Shown here: piece after piece, positions 16,838-26,284 of the stretch
Numbering within the stretch: position 1 is the stretch's first letter
Layout of the letters: each line of letters opens with the position of its first letter
Origin: a virus
Taxonomy: Duplodnaviria > Caudoviricetes
Direction: 5' to 3' (one strand)
Virus record (IMG/VR): IMGVR_UViG_3300012347_000486
Span: 1-34,090 of that record
Length of the DNA: 34,090 nt
Program-made: the position numbers and the translations under genes
The notes under the pieces: generated by a model
The model's database searches: none
The model's input: the letters and a program-made list of their open reading frames with translations, nothing else
Told to the model about the DNA's origin: nothing

Positions 16838-16914
16838 GAGTTGGTCTAGAATATAATCATCCCAAGCCCTCTTGATAGACGAGAGGCATTTTAACTGTTA
16901 AGGAGTTTAACATG
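16829..16914 (+). promoter_or_regulatory. promoter plus structured leader (GATAGAC hairpin, SD-occluding hairpin)
   Basis: TTGCCA-17-TATAAT (16829-16857); CCTCTT-GATAGAC-GAGAGG; TGTTAAG-GAG-TTTAACA. Confidence 0.7.
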
Positions 16915-18312
16915 AAACTGAGTAAAAACATCTTATTGAATACTGATAGCTACAAAGCCAGTATGTTCAAGCAATATCCTGCTGGCACTTCGCATGTGTA
17001 CAGCTATATTGAATCCCGCGGCGGTCGTTATGACAAGACCGTTATGTTTGGCTTGCAAGCCTTCATCAAGGAATACTTACTTGACCCCATCACACAATCC
17101 GACATTGACATTGCCGACGAGATTCTCACCGCTCACGGAGAGCCATTCAATCGTGAAGGCTGGCAGTATATCCTCGACGTGCACAACGGATATCTTCCCA
17201 TCGTCATCCGAGCCGTTGCCGAGGGTACTGTGGTACCGGTGTCGAATGTCCTCGCAACCGTCGAGAACACAGACCCCGAATGTTTCTGGCTGACCACCTA
17301 CTTAGAGACTTCATTGCTTCGTGCTGTATGGTATGGCACGACTGTGGCAACACAGAGCTGGAGCATCAAGCGAGTTATTAAAGACTTTTTGGAGAAGACT
17401 GGTGATCCTGGACTTATTGATTTTAAGTTGCACGACTTTGGTGCTCGTGGCGTGTCTTCTATGGAGTCTGCGGGGATTGGGGGAGCCGCACACCTTGTTA
17501 ACTTCATGGGTACAGATACCATCACTGGTATTTTATATGCTCGTGAGTATTACAACGCTGGAGTTGCTGGTTTTAGTATTCCTGCAGCCGAACACAGTAC
17601 TATTACTTCTTGGGGCCGTGATAACGAAGTAAAAGCCTATGAAAACATGCTTAAACAGTTTGCTCGTCCTGGATCTATTGTTGCTGTTGTTAGCGACAGT
17701 TACGATGTTTTTAATGCCGCTTCAAAACTCTGGGGTGAAGAACTTCGCCAACAAGTTATTGACAGTGGTGCCACCATTGTTATTCGTCCAGATAGTGGCG
17801 ATCCTGTTGCTGTTAATCGTCAGCTGGTTGAAATTCTAGGAGAGAAGTTTGGATACACCACAAACGCAAAGGGCTTCAAAGTTCTTAACAATGTCCGACT
17901 TATCCAAGGGGATGGGGTCAATGAAATGTCCATCCGTTCTATCCTTGGTGCATTCATGGCGATGGGATGGTCAGCCGACAACATTGCCTTCGGTATGGGC
18001 GGTGCATTGTTACAACAAGTCGATCGAGACACCCAACGATTCGCAATGAAGTGTTCTGCGGCCTTTGTTATGGGATATGGTTGGGTCGATGTCCAAAAAG
18101 ATCCAGTGACAGATAGCGGCAAGAAGTCGAAGGCTGGTCGTGTGACTTTGTGGCAATCAGGTGGTGAGTTTGCATCTGGTATCAAGCCACCAGCTGGATG
18201 GACCGATAAAGGTTATGGTGGATGGGTCGAAGCCATGCAAACTGTATACCGTGATGGCAAGATCGTTCGTGAGTATGATTTTGCGGAAGTCCGAGCTAAC
18301 GCTAACGCCTAA
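16912..18312 (+). CDS. nadV: nicotinamide phosphoribosyltransferase (NAMPT)
   Basis: TDSYK, LHDFGARG, SIPAAEHS, VSDSYD, IRPDSGDP, IQGDG, FGMGG, KKSKAG. Confidence 0.96.
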   Translation: MKLSKNILLNTDSYKASMFKQYPAGTSHVYSYIESRGGRYDKTVMFGLQAFIKEYLLDPITQSDIDIADEILTAHGEPFNREGWQYILDVHNGYLPIVIRAVAEGTVVPVSNVLATVENTDPECFWLTTYLETSLLRAVWYGTTVATQSWSIKRVIKDFLEKTGDPGLIDFKLHDFGARGVSSMESAGIGGAAHLVNFMGTDTITGILYAREYYNAGVAGFSIPAAEHSTITSWGRDNEVKAYENMLKQFARPGSIVAVVSDSYDVFNAASKLWGEELRQQVIDSGATIVIRPDSGDPVAVNRQLVEILGEKFGYTTNAKGFKVLNNVRLIQGDGVNEMSIRSILGAFMAMGWSADNIAFGMGGALLQQVDRDTQRFAMKCSAAFVMGYGWVDVQKDPVTDSGKKSKAGRVTLWQSGGEFASGIKPPAGWTDKGYGGWVEAMQTVYRDGKIVREYDFAEVRANANA

Positions 18313-18387
18313 CCTGCCACTTTGTACCCCGTAGCTGATTATTTGGTCACGGGGTACAATCGTTCCTATCAACTAAGGAATAACATC

Positions 18388-18840
18388 ATGTTTAAGTGGC
18401 CCTGGAAACGCGAACGTAAAATTGCATTCATTGATGGCGATCAACGCCTGCCTGGACTAATCAAGGCCTATCAAGAGCACGTAGTCGGCACAAACACCGA
18501 GACACACCTGATTCGTTTGATGTCCAAGTCTGATAGAAACAACGAACCTCACATTCTGCGTAAAATCGAGGGTATCAATAAGATTTACCTCGAAGGATTC
18601 ACTACAGGTAAAGAGGTGACCGATAAGTTCATCGGTGCGTATATCCAAAAAGCAATCAGCGATGGATATACTCATATCACGGTAATATCTGGTGACTATG
18701 ACTTCATTGATATCTTTAAGATGGCAGCGATCGTTGATAAGAAGGCATCCAAGTTGACATTTCGGATGATCGTACCTGACGCACAAGGTCGAATGAAAGA
18801 TCTTCCAGACCACATATTGAATATTGAAATTGTTAAGTGA
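18388..18840 (+). CDS. NYN/PIN-like ribonuclease domain protein
   Basis: AFIDGDQ, GKEVTD, ISGDYDF acidic motifs; AAGGA RBS before ATG 18388. Confidence 0.75.
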   Translation: MFKWPWKRERKIAFIDGDQRLPGLIKAYQEHVVGTNTETHLIRLMSKSDRNNEPHILRKIEGINKIYLEGFTTGKEVTDKFIGAYIQKAISDGYTHITVISGDYDFIDIFKMAAIVDKKASKLTFRMIVPDAQGRMKDLPDHILNIEIVK

Positions 18841-18847
18841 GAATGAA

Positions 18848-19858
18848 ATGAGAAAACTAGCTACTATTCGTAAGATCGATGAACTGAATCCAATCGAGGG
18901 CGCAGACGCTATTGAGTGTGCTGTTGTTGGGGGTTGGAAAGTTGTTGCACAGAAGGGCCTCTACCAAGTTGGTGACCTTGCTGTGTATTTCGAGATCGAC
19001 TCTTGGATTCCTACTGAGCTGGCTCCGTTCCTAAGCAAAGGTAAAGAGCCTCGTGAGTTTGAAGGTGTTAAGGGCGAACGCCTGAAGACTATCAAGCTTC
19101 GTGGTCAGTTGTCTCAGGGCCTGTTGATGCCACTGAAAGAAGTGTTTAATGTTGATGTCTTTGTTCCGGGCGAAGGCGAGGATGTCACCGAAGCCCTCGG
19201 CATCAAGAAGTGGGAAAAGCCGATCAACGCTCAACTCGCTGGTGTGTGTCGTGGCAACTTTCCGTCATTGATTCCTAAGACCGATCAAGAGCGTGTGCAA
19301 AACTTGAAGAAGGAAATTGCTGCTGCTCAGGGCATGATGTTTGAGGCTACCGAGAAATTGGAAGGCTCTTCCATGACGGTATACCAACTCAAAGGTGAGT
19401 TTGGTGTCTGTTCTCGCAATATGGACTTGAAGGAGTCTGAAGGCAATGCGTTTTGGGCTACTGCTCGCAAGGACGACATCGAAGCCAAGATGCGCGCTGT
19501 CGATGAGTTCTGGGATTTTGCTATCCAGGGCGAGTTGATTGGTCCTGGTATCCAAGGTAACATCTACAAACTATCACAACCCGAATTCCGCGTCTTTGAT
19601 GTGTATAATATTATGAAGGGCGAGTACCTGTTACCCGAGGCTCGTCGCGAGTTGGTTCATAAGATGGGACTGAAGCACGTGCCAGTAATTGCTCCATACT
19701 TCACGCTGAACGCTGATGTGGATCAGTTGCTTGCGATGGCAGAGTTTAAGTCCGAACTCGCTAGTGTAGAGCGTGAGGGTGTGGTGTTCAAGCAAAATGA
19801 TGGTGGTATGACTTTCAAAGCCATCTCCAACAAATACCTGTTGAAATCTGGAGATTGA
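18848..19858 (+). CDS. ATP-dependent RNA ligase, DRB0094/Rnl5 type with N-terminal OB fold
   Basis: MRKLATIRKI...IEGADAIE; motif I TEKLEGSS, QGELIG, FDV, EGVV, FKAISNKYL. Confidence 0.92.
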   Translation: MRKLATIRKIDELNPIEGADAIECAVVGGWKVVAQKGLYQVGDLAVYFEIDSWIPTELAPFLSKGKEPREFEGVKGERLKTIKLRGQLSQGLLMPLKEVFNVDVFVPGEGEDVTEALGIKKWEKPINAQLAGVCRGNFPSLIPKTDQERVQNLKKEIAAAQGMMFEATEKLEGSSMTVYQLKGEFGVCSRNMDLKESEGNAFWATARKDDIEAKMRAVDEFWDFAIQGELIGPGIQGNIYKLSQPEFRVFDVYNIMKGEYLLPEARRELVHKMGLKHVPVIAPYFTLNADVDQLLAMAEFKSELASVEREGVVFKQNDGGMTFKAISNKYLLKSGD

Positions 19859-19860
19859 TA

Positions 19861-20808
19861 ATGGATAAAGTGAAGCGTGGGTTCAAGCGTAAGACGATTG
19901 AGCAGACAATCCGAAACAAGATGAAGGCTTGGTTTGCATCGATCGAAGATATCGACTTGCGTGCTGAGCTCAAAAAGCACTACATCGTAACTGGTGGTGC
20001 AATCACTTCAATGTTGCTTGGTGACTTGCCAAACGACTACGATGTGTATATCGACAACACTGCTACGGCAGCGAAGCTCGCTAACTACTACGTCAGCCGC
20101 TTGCCGACTCCGGACAATGAGTGCACCAAGACTCCGATCGTGTCTGTACCACCAGAAGGCGGTCGAGTAGAGATCAAGGTGCAGTCGGCTGGTATTGCTG
20201 GCGAGGAGATGGACCAGAAGCAGTACGAATACTTTGAGTCATACCCAGACGCAACAAGCCGTACAATGGCATATCTGGAAGGTGCGGCTGCTCGCAGTAC
20301 TGGCAAGTATAGTGCGCTGGCCATTACTACGAACGCAATCACTCTATCCGATCAGGTTCAGGTGATCTTGCGATTCGTCGGCCCAGCTAACGAGATCCAC
20401 AAGAACTACGACTTCATCCACACGACCAATTACTTCACTGAAGAACAGGGTGTCGTGTTCAATGAGCCTGCTTTGGAAGCAATCCTTGCTCGTGAGTTGA
20501 AATATGTTGGTAGCCGTTATCCGATCTGCTCAATGTTCCGTCTCAAGAAGTTCCTCAATCGTGGATGGACAATCACGGCAGGCGAGATGTTGAAGATCGC
20601 GTATGATATTGGCGCGCTTGATCTCAATGATGCTAAGGTACTGCAAGATCAGTTGACTGGCGTCGATGCTGCTTACTTCAATCAGATCCTCGAGTTGATC
20701 AAGAAAGAGGACAAGCCAATCGACCGTACATATTTGTTTGAGCTCGTCAACCGAATCTTCGATGAGGATTGGGAAGTTGATGCGGCCGTCGAGAAGGCAG
20801 CTGAGTAA
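19861..20808 (+). CDS. nucleotidyltransferase (Pol beta superfamily, GG...DxD)
   Basis: IVTGGAITSMLLGDLPNDYDVY; YDF motif; RLKKF..RGW. Confidence 0.75.
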   Translation: MDKVKRGFKRKTIEQTIRNKMKAWFASIEDIDLRAELKKHYIVTGGAITSMLLGDLPNDYDVYIDNTATAAKLANYYVSRLPTPDNECTKTPIVSVPPEGGRVEIKVQSAGIAGEEMDQKQYEYFESYPDATSRTMAYLEGAAARSTGKYSALAITTNAITLSDQVQVILRFVGPANEIHKNYDFIHTTNYFTEEQGVVFNEPALEAILARELKYVGSRYPICSMFRLKKFLNRGWTITAGEMLKIAYDIGALDLNDAKVLQDQLTGVDAAYFNQILELIKKEDKPIDRTYLFELVNRIFDEDWEVDAAVEKAAE

Positions 20809-21161
20809 TGGACGTACGTACACGGATAGTACTGCGTAACATACTGAAAACGCCGGTTGTTCTATGCATTCGGCTGCCAGTAGTGTTGGTGCTATTGGTG
20901 ATGATTAAGATTGGTGATATCGGTAACTGGATATTCGATGAGGTTGTAAGTCGTCTTCCAGCATGGGATATGTTCCCAGATACAAAGGAAGACGAGCGCA
21001 GAAGCATCGAGCGATATCTGTCTTCAGTGCAGGTCGAAGGCGAGCAACCACTCGTCCAAGATAAGAAGACAGGCGAGTGGTATAATCCTAAAGCTAAATG
21101 GGAAGAACTACAGCGCCAGCAATGGTATATTGATCTAATGGTCCGAATGAGTAAGAAGTGA
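20808..21161 (+). CDS. hypothetical protein
   Basis: TAATG coupling; N-terminal hydrophobic stretch. Confidence 0.7.
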   Translation: MDVRTRIVLRNILKTPVVLCIRLPVVLVLLVMIKIGDIGNWIFDEVVSRLPAWDMFPDTKEDERRSIERYLSSVQVEGEQPLVQDKKTGEWYNPKAKWEELQRQQWYIDLMVRMSKK

Positions 21162-21170
21162 GGTTTTGAT

Positions 21171-21557
21171 ATGATGCCAGCAGGCACTTATTTTGTTGGA
21201 GATCTGACTGCAGTGATGCATGATGATTGGAATGAGATTTGCTACTACACCATAAGTGAAGAAGGCAAACGGTTAAGCGGTGAGTTTGAACTTGGCGACG
21301 GTCGACAGTTCGCTTTGTATACTGTACCGGGCCAGAAGGTGTACTTCGATCAGGATGGTCGCAAGTACAATGTTCAGTCCGACTCCATTGGATGTATTGA
21401 TCTGTTCAACTTCAACTACAACGGCGATCATCGTCATGCGTACGAAGATGGTCATATTGTTGAATTTAAGAAACCATTCGTTACGTTAATGGTCAATGGC
21501 ATCTTGACGTTTGGCGACGTCCACATTCACATCGAAGAAAGCACAGACACACAATGA
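21171..21557 (+). CDS. hypothetical protein (paralog of 8294..8740)
   Basis: PAGTYFVGDL..VMH..WNEIC...FGDVHI. Confidence 0.8.
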   Translation: MMPAGTYFVGDLTAVMHDDWNEICYYTISEEGKRLSGEFELGDGRQFALYTVPGQKVYFDQDGRKYNVQSDSIGCIDLFNFNYNGDHRHAYEDGHIVEFKKPFVTLMVNGILTFGDVHIHIEESTDTQ

Positions 21558-21985
21558 GTTTACCAGACGATTTCAGCGACCACACTATCAATTACGACCG
21601 TGTAGTGGAGCATACTAAGTTCCTGGCAGTCACTCGCATGCTTGCAATCACATTGCGTGAGCAGCAATACATGACTGTAGGTGACTTTCTTAAAAACATC
21701 TCAGATGGTGACTTGATTACCCTCATGCATATATCAGAGAACCACGAAGATCCTAGATATGAAGAGATCTTACTGATCTCGCAAATGTTGGCTGAAGGCG
21801 AAGGCATTTCCGACATGACCCTCGATGGATTCACGCTCCGCACGAATATGCTAGGAACATATCTCGTTATCGAATCGTTGGCACGCAAGGGACTAGTCAA
21901 GTTCCATCGCGAGAACGTGTCGTTCGATACCGATCAAGGCCATAAGCTGATCGTCGAGAAGATGACTCCGCCCGATACAAAGTGA
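21554..21985 (+). CDS. hypothetical protein
   Basis: ATGA coupling; 143 aa. Confidence 0.8.
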   Translation: MSLPDDFSDHTINYDRVVEHTKFLAVTRMLAITLREQQYMTVGDFLKNISDGDLITLMHISENHEDPRYEEILLISQMLAEGEGISDMTLDGFTLRTNMLGTYLVIESLARKGLVKFHRENVSFDTDQGHKLIVEKMTPPDTK

Positions 21986-22024
21986 GATAGATAAAACTAT
22001 CATCCACTTACCATAAGGGCCGAC

Positions 22025-22168
22025 ATGCAATCTACTCAGTGCTTCCGTTTGACTACCTCAGCAGGAATTGTTAAAGATTACTTTCTTGAGTCATGTGCTC
22101 AGTTGTTTCAACAGGTGCATGGGGGTACAATAGAGGCTCGCCCTATCCAGGAATTTCAGTCGCTCTGA
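22025..22168 (+). CDS. hypothetical protein (47 aa)
   Basis: AAGGG before ATG 22025; fills an intergenic gap. Confidence 0.45.
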   Translation: MQSTQCFRLTTSAGIVKDYFLESCAQLFQQVHGGTIEARPIQEFQSL

Positions 22169-22183
22169 ACAACCTAATATATT

Positions 22184-22447
22184 ATGAAAACCCAATCATC
22201 AAGCGTTCCTCGATTGAAGAACGACACATTAGGCGATCAAGCTCTACGCGACTTGTACGCAACTTACAATAAGACGCAGGATTTAGAAATCTTCCGTGCA
22301 TACTGTGAGTGTGTTGTTCAGTCTGGGGGTGGCAAGCAGGCCACTAAGGATAGCATTATTGCAGAGATCAACGAAGCAACGACCAAAGACAAGATGGTTG
22401 GTAAAGTCCAGAACTTCATTTTAGCTGGCATGGGTCTCGGCGTATGA
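22184..22447 (+). CDS. hypothetical protein
   Basis: 87-aa ORF in the + strand run. Confidence 0.75.
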   Translation: MKTQSSSVPRLKNDTLGDQALRDLYATYNKTQDLEIFRAYCECVVQSGGGKQATKDSIIAEINEATTKDKMVGKVQNFILAGMGLGV

Positions 22448-22644
22448 GAGTCAAGCATGGATCGATAGTACAACTAGCAGATGGCCGATACGGTACTGTT
22501 TCATACATCAGCGATAATATTGCATCCATTAGCGTGCACGATAAAGCATGGCCGTTTCCTGTATACGAAACCGCGTTTATTCAAACACTTACAGTTATCC
22601 CACCACTTACCGTATCGCAACGATACGAGGAAGCACCATTTTGA
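22444..22644 (+). CDS. hypothetical protein
   Basis: ATGA coupling. Confidence 0.65.
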   Translation: MRVKHGSIVQLADGRYGTVSYISDNIASISVHDKAWPFPVYETAFIQTLTVIPPLTVSQRYEEAPF

Positions 22645-22901
22645 ACCGTCCCCATGTAGCCATACTCAGCGAAAAGAATGAGTTGGAATTGATTAGCGGC
22701 ATTACAGACAACCAACAACAGCAAGAGTTTGCCTCGATGTGGTATGACGACTTAATGGCCGTGTATAACAACAAATCTGCCCTGATTAACGCGGCTAACA
22801 CATTGCTGACGTACTTTGCATGCTCCAACCGTGTGTCGGACGTAGATTACGATTATGAATCTGATTGTTTGTTGTGGGAAGTTCAACTAGCAGTTGCCTG
22901 A
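22641..22901 (+). CDS. hypothetical protein
   Basis: TTGA-coupled start at 22641 (GAGG upstream), in the frame of track ORF 22548..22901. Confidence 0.5.
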   Translation: MNRPHVAILSEKNELELISGITDNQQQQEFASMWYDDLMAVYNNKSALINAANTLLTYFACSNRVSDVDYDYESDCLLWEVQLAVA

Positions 22902-23043
22902 CGGGCAAACGTAGCTATATAATCTACCCTTGTAAAAAGGTATTCTACTGGTTTCCGCTTTATTGCGTTTTACAGTAGCCAAGTGTCTGTCGGTCCTTGC
23001 CAACCCCTTCCACCGACGTAAAATAATAACCTGAAGGAGATGT
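22894..23043 (+). promoter_or_regulatory. promoter and structured folE leader
   Basis: TTGCCT-18-TATAAT; hairpins CTACTG/CAGTAG and GTCGGT/ACCGAC; loop CCTTC complementary to the SD GAAGG. Confidence 0.5.
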
Positions 23044-23727
23044 ATGTCACATCCAGCACACAAATCGGATGCCAACTTAGGTATCCAAGTCCACGAGTAT
23101 TTGGTTAGCAAAGGACTCGAAACCCCAATCACCGCAAAGGTGCTTGAAGATAACGACAAGAAGATTGCCGCTATCCAAGGCCACTTTACCGAGATCATGG
23201 ATCTTCTCGGTCTAGACCTGCGCGACGACTCTTTAGTTGACACTCCAAAGCGTGTTGCTAAGATGTACGTCAATGAAATCTTCTGGGGATTGGATTACAC
23301 GAAGTTTCCGAAGTGCACTGCTATCGATAACAAGATGGCGTACAACGATTCTTTCGTTCTCGAGCGCAATATCAACGTCCAATCGAACTGCGAACATCAC
23401 TTTGTGGTAATTGACGGCGTTGCTACCGTTGCTTACATTCCACACAAGAAAGTACTCGGCCTGTCGAAGTTGAACCGTATTGTTGAGTTCTTCTCGAAGC
23501 GCCCACAAGTACAAGAGCGCTTGACTGAGCAGATCAAGGCCGCTATTGAATTTATCACCGAGTCGGAAGACGTGGCAGTCTATATTGACGCTGCTCACTA
23601 TTGCGTCAAGTCTCGTGGTATCCAAGACACCGGTTCGCGTACAGTAACTCTGGCATGTGGTGGTGTGTTTGCAGCTCAGAATTCTGAGATTCGCAAAGAG
23701 TTCTTGGCAATCGCTCGCCAGGCTTAA
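23044..23727 (+). CDS. folE: GTP cyclohydrolase I
   Basis: [44 protein letters not shown]. Confidence 0.97.
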   Translation: MSHPAHKSDANLGIQVHEYLVSKGLETPITAKVLEDNDKKIAAIQGHFTEIMDLLGLDLRDDSLVDTPKRVAKMYVNEIFWGLDYTKFPKCTAIDNKMAYNDSFVLERNINVQSNCEHHFVVIDGVATVAYIPHKKVLGLSKLNRIVEFFSKRPQVQERLTEQIKAAIEFITESEDVAVYIDAAHYCVKSRGIQDTGSRTVTLACGGVFAAQNSEIRKEFLAIARQA

Positions 23728-23739
23728 TTGAATACAGTG

Positions 23740-23770
23740 GCCACTCCTGTATTAAGAGTGGCATCTTTTT
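23740..23770 (+). terminator. probable intrinsic terminator
   Basis: GCCACTC/GAGTGGC stem followed by ATCTTTTT. Confidence 0.55.
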
Positions 23771-23785
23771 ACTATGGAGTATACT

Positions 23786-23986
23786 ATGACACAGAAGACT
23801 AAACTGATCAGCGCCCTCAAGAAGGGTACCGCATTGTCCAGCAAGCAAATTACTGCACGCTTGAAAATCGCATCCCCTTCCAAAGTCGTCAGCCGCTTGC
23901 GCTTGGACGATGGCTACAAGATCCAGAGCAAAGTACATACCGACACGCGCGGCCGTACTACTCGCAAGTACCAACTGGCAAAGTAA
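23786..23986 (+). CDS. small basic winged-helix/HTH-like protein
   Basis: GGAG RBS; LSSKQITARLKIASPSKVVSRLR. Confidence 0.7.
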   Translation: MTQKTKLISALKKGTALSSKQITARLKIASPSKVVSRLRLDDGYKIQSKVHTDTRGRTTRKYQLAK

Positions 23987-24016
23987 TAACAGGGAGGCTT
24001 GTCCTCCCTATTGCCT

Positions 24017-24463
24017 ATGAATAAAACCGATAAATTCGGACAAGCGGGCGCAAAGGGATCTCTCGGCGAACAGAAGATCATGGAGTACTACAATAAGATC
24101 GGATACGATGTTGATGACCTTACTGCAGACACAACCGGATCGTTTGAATATGAGTCGAGAGGTATCGATTTTAGAATCAAGAAGTCGTCCTGGAAGAATT
24201 GGATGTATTGTGACTCGAAGGCTAACCTTTCGGGCAACACAACATTCCTCGAGGTAACAAAAGATGGAAAGCCTGGCTGGTTCTGCTCATCGCAGTCCAA
24301 TAGGATTAAACATTATGATGTTGTCTCCCAGCGAATGGCGTATTATGATCTGCCTGAAATGCGACTAGAAGTAATCAAGCAAGGATTGATACCAGACGCA
24401 CGAGGTCTAATTAAGATTGATATTAACGATTTTCCTAACATAAGAGTGATAGCTATAAAATGA
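24017..24463 (+). CDS. putative PD-(D/E)xK-like nuclease-fold protein
   Basis: GSLGEQ...GIDF...DSKAN...FLEV pattern. Confidence 0.55.
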   Translation: MNKTDKFGQAGAKGSLGEQKIMEYYNKIGYDVDDLTADTTGSFEYESRGIDFRIKKSSWKNWMYCDSKANLSGNTTFLEVTKDGKPGWFCSSQSNRIKHYDVVSQRMAYYDLPEMRLEVIKQGLIPDARGLIKIDINDFPNIRVIAIK

Positions 24464-24840
24464 ACGAAAAGAGCTTTATTTGGGTTACCTTCCAAAAAGA
24501 AGGCATTCACCGCTACCCTGCTGCTGCAACCGATCCAAAACTTGCAACCGGAGACTGGCTTGACGTCAGCTTCTTGGCTGACCCCCACCGACACATCTTT
24601 CATTTCCGTGTAGAGATGGAAGTGTTCCACGACGACCGTGATGTTGAATTCATTCAAGCAAAACGCATCATGGAAAACTGGTTCACCGACGGCACGTTAG
24701 TGTTGAACCACAAATCATGTGAAATGATTGCCCGTGAGCTGCACGCCAGCTGCGTATCCCAATGGCCCGCCCGCGACTATGTCGTTGAAGTGTCAGAGGA
24801 CGGCGAAAATGGTTGCCGTATGTACTTTACAGCGGAGTAA
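24460..24840 (+). CDS. queD: QueD-like 6-carboxytetrahydropterin synthase (T-fold)
   Basis: GIH...HRH, SCEMIA, EVSEDGENG; close to folE. Confidence 0.8.
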   Translation: MNEKSFIWVTFQKEGIHRYPAAATDPKLATGDWLDVSFLADPHRHIFHFRVEMEVFHDDRDVEFIQAKRIMENWFTDGTLVLNHKSCEMIARELHASCVSQWPARDYVVEVSEDGENGCRMYFTAE

Positions 24841-24843
24841 GCA

Positions 24844-25692
24844 ATGATTAACTTCTGCCACATCTCCCCAACCCACTACCTCGAGAAGTACACGAGGAAT
24901 AATGGTGCACACTTGATCCTAGCACACCTAGTTGAATCCGATCCTGTGTACCGCGACTACTATGCCAATCTTGATGATGGCAAGTATAAGATCATGGACA
25001 ACTCAGCCTTTGAGATGTTCAAGCTCGGCCGTCCAATGTACGAATCAGACAAACTGATCGAAATGGGTAACGCATGCCGTGCAGACTGTATTGTTATGTC
25101 GGACTACCCGAAAGAACACTCTTCTCGTACCAAGTACGCAGCAGAGGCTTTGATCCCCCAATTCAAAGCTGCAGGATTTGATACGTTCTTCTGTCCTCAA
25201 AGCCAGCTCGGCGATATCGATGACTTGGTAGGCGCAATTGCATGGGGTCTCAATAACCCCGACATCGACTTGATCGGCATGTCCATCTTGGCATGTCCAA
25301 TCGCGATGGGCGTAAACGAAGGCACATTCGAAGCCGGCGGCCGTAGTGATGCATACAAGATGCAACGCTTCATGTCTCGCTTTGCTGTGTTTGATGCTTT
25401 GGAGCGTGCTGGTCTATTGAATGACTTAGCAACTAAGCGCTTCCATTGTCTTGGCATGGTAGACGGTCCGAATGAGATCAGGTTGTTGAGCCGTTTCGAG
25501 AAGTACATCTTCTCTTGGGACTCTAGTGCTGCTGTATGGGCTGGCATGAACAACATCCAATTCGACTCTTCTCCAACAGGCCTGCAAAATGGCAAGTTTG
25601 AAAAAGAAGTGGACTTCGAGTATAATGGTGCTACTAATGATGTAGCGGTATACCATAACATTGCCTACATTGACCAATTGCTTATCAAATAA
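24844..25692 (+). CDS. TGT/DpdA-like transglycosylase-fold protein
   Basis: IMDNSAFE (cf. DSGxF), PQ, HCLG, SWDSS motifs in TGT-like order; folE/queD context. Confidence 0.55.
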   Translation: MINFCHISPTHYLEKYTRNNGAHLILAHLVESDPVYRDYYANLDDGKYKIMDNSAFEMFKLGRPMYESDKLIEMGNACRADCIVMSDYPKEHSSRTKYAAEALIPQFKAAGFDTFFCPQSQLGDIDDLVGAIAWGLNNPDIDLIGMSILACPIAMGVNEGTFEAGGRSDAYKMQRFMSRFAVFDALERAGLLNDLATKRFHCLGMVDGPNEIRLLSRFEKYIFSWDSSAAVWAGMNNIQFDSSPTGLQNGKFEKEVDFEYNGATNDVAVYHNIAYIDQLLIK

Positions 25693-25693
25693 T

Positions 25694-26284
25694 ATGACAA
25701 AATCTGGACTGAAAATCGTTGCTCTTACTGGACCGAAAGGTAGCGGTAAGGACACCGTCGCTCAGATGATTGTCGATAAGTATTCCAATCAGATGGATGT
25801 ACGTCTGGTAGCGTTTGCGGATCCAATCAAAAAGGTAATCCAGCATGTGTTCGGTTTGGATGTAAATTCAAACGACGAATATGATGCATTCAAACGCACC
25901 ATGCTGACTTTCAATCTGAAGGGTTCGCGCATGGCGGCACAACAGGGCCGTCATGTGGTTCGTGAAATTGGAATGCTGATGCGTGAGTATGACGACCGTC
26001 AGTTTACTGACTACGTTACATCACAATTCAGCGCGCATCCAGATGCACTGTGGGTAGTTACAGATCTCCGATTTGATAATGAGTACATGATGTTGCGATC
26101 TGCTGGATACGGAGCAAAGGTTGTTAAGATCATTCGCCCGCAATACGAATACGACGGGCACATTACTGAGCGTGCGTTTGATGATCACTTAGTCGATCAG
26201 ATATTGATGAACGATGGCCCATTAGACTTCTTAGAGGCCCGTGTTGATATCGTTATGAGAAATTTATTTAAGGAATGGGAATGA
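25694..26284 (+). CDS. deoxynucleoside monophosphate kinase
   Basis: P-loop GPKGSGKDT, FADPIK, VTDLRFDNE, HITE. Confidence 0.9.
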   Translation: MTKSGLKIVALTGPKGSGKDTVAQMIVDKYSNQMDVRLVAFADPIKKVIQHVFGLDVNSNDEYDAFKRTMLTFNLKGSRMAAQQGRHVVREIGMLMREYDDRQFTDYVTSQFSAHPDALWVVTDLRFDNEYMMLRSAGYGAKVVKIIRPQYEYDGHITERAFDDHLVDQILMNDGPLDFLEARVDIVMRNLFKEWE

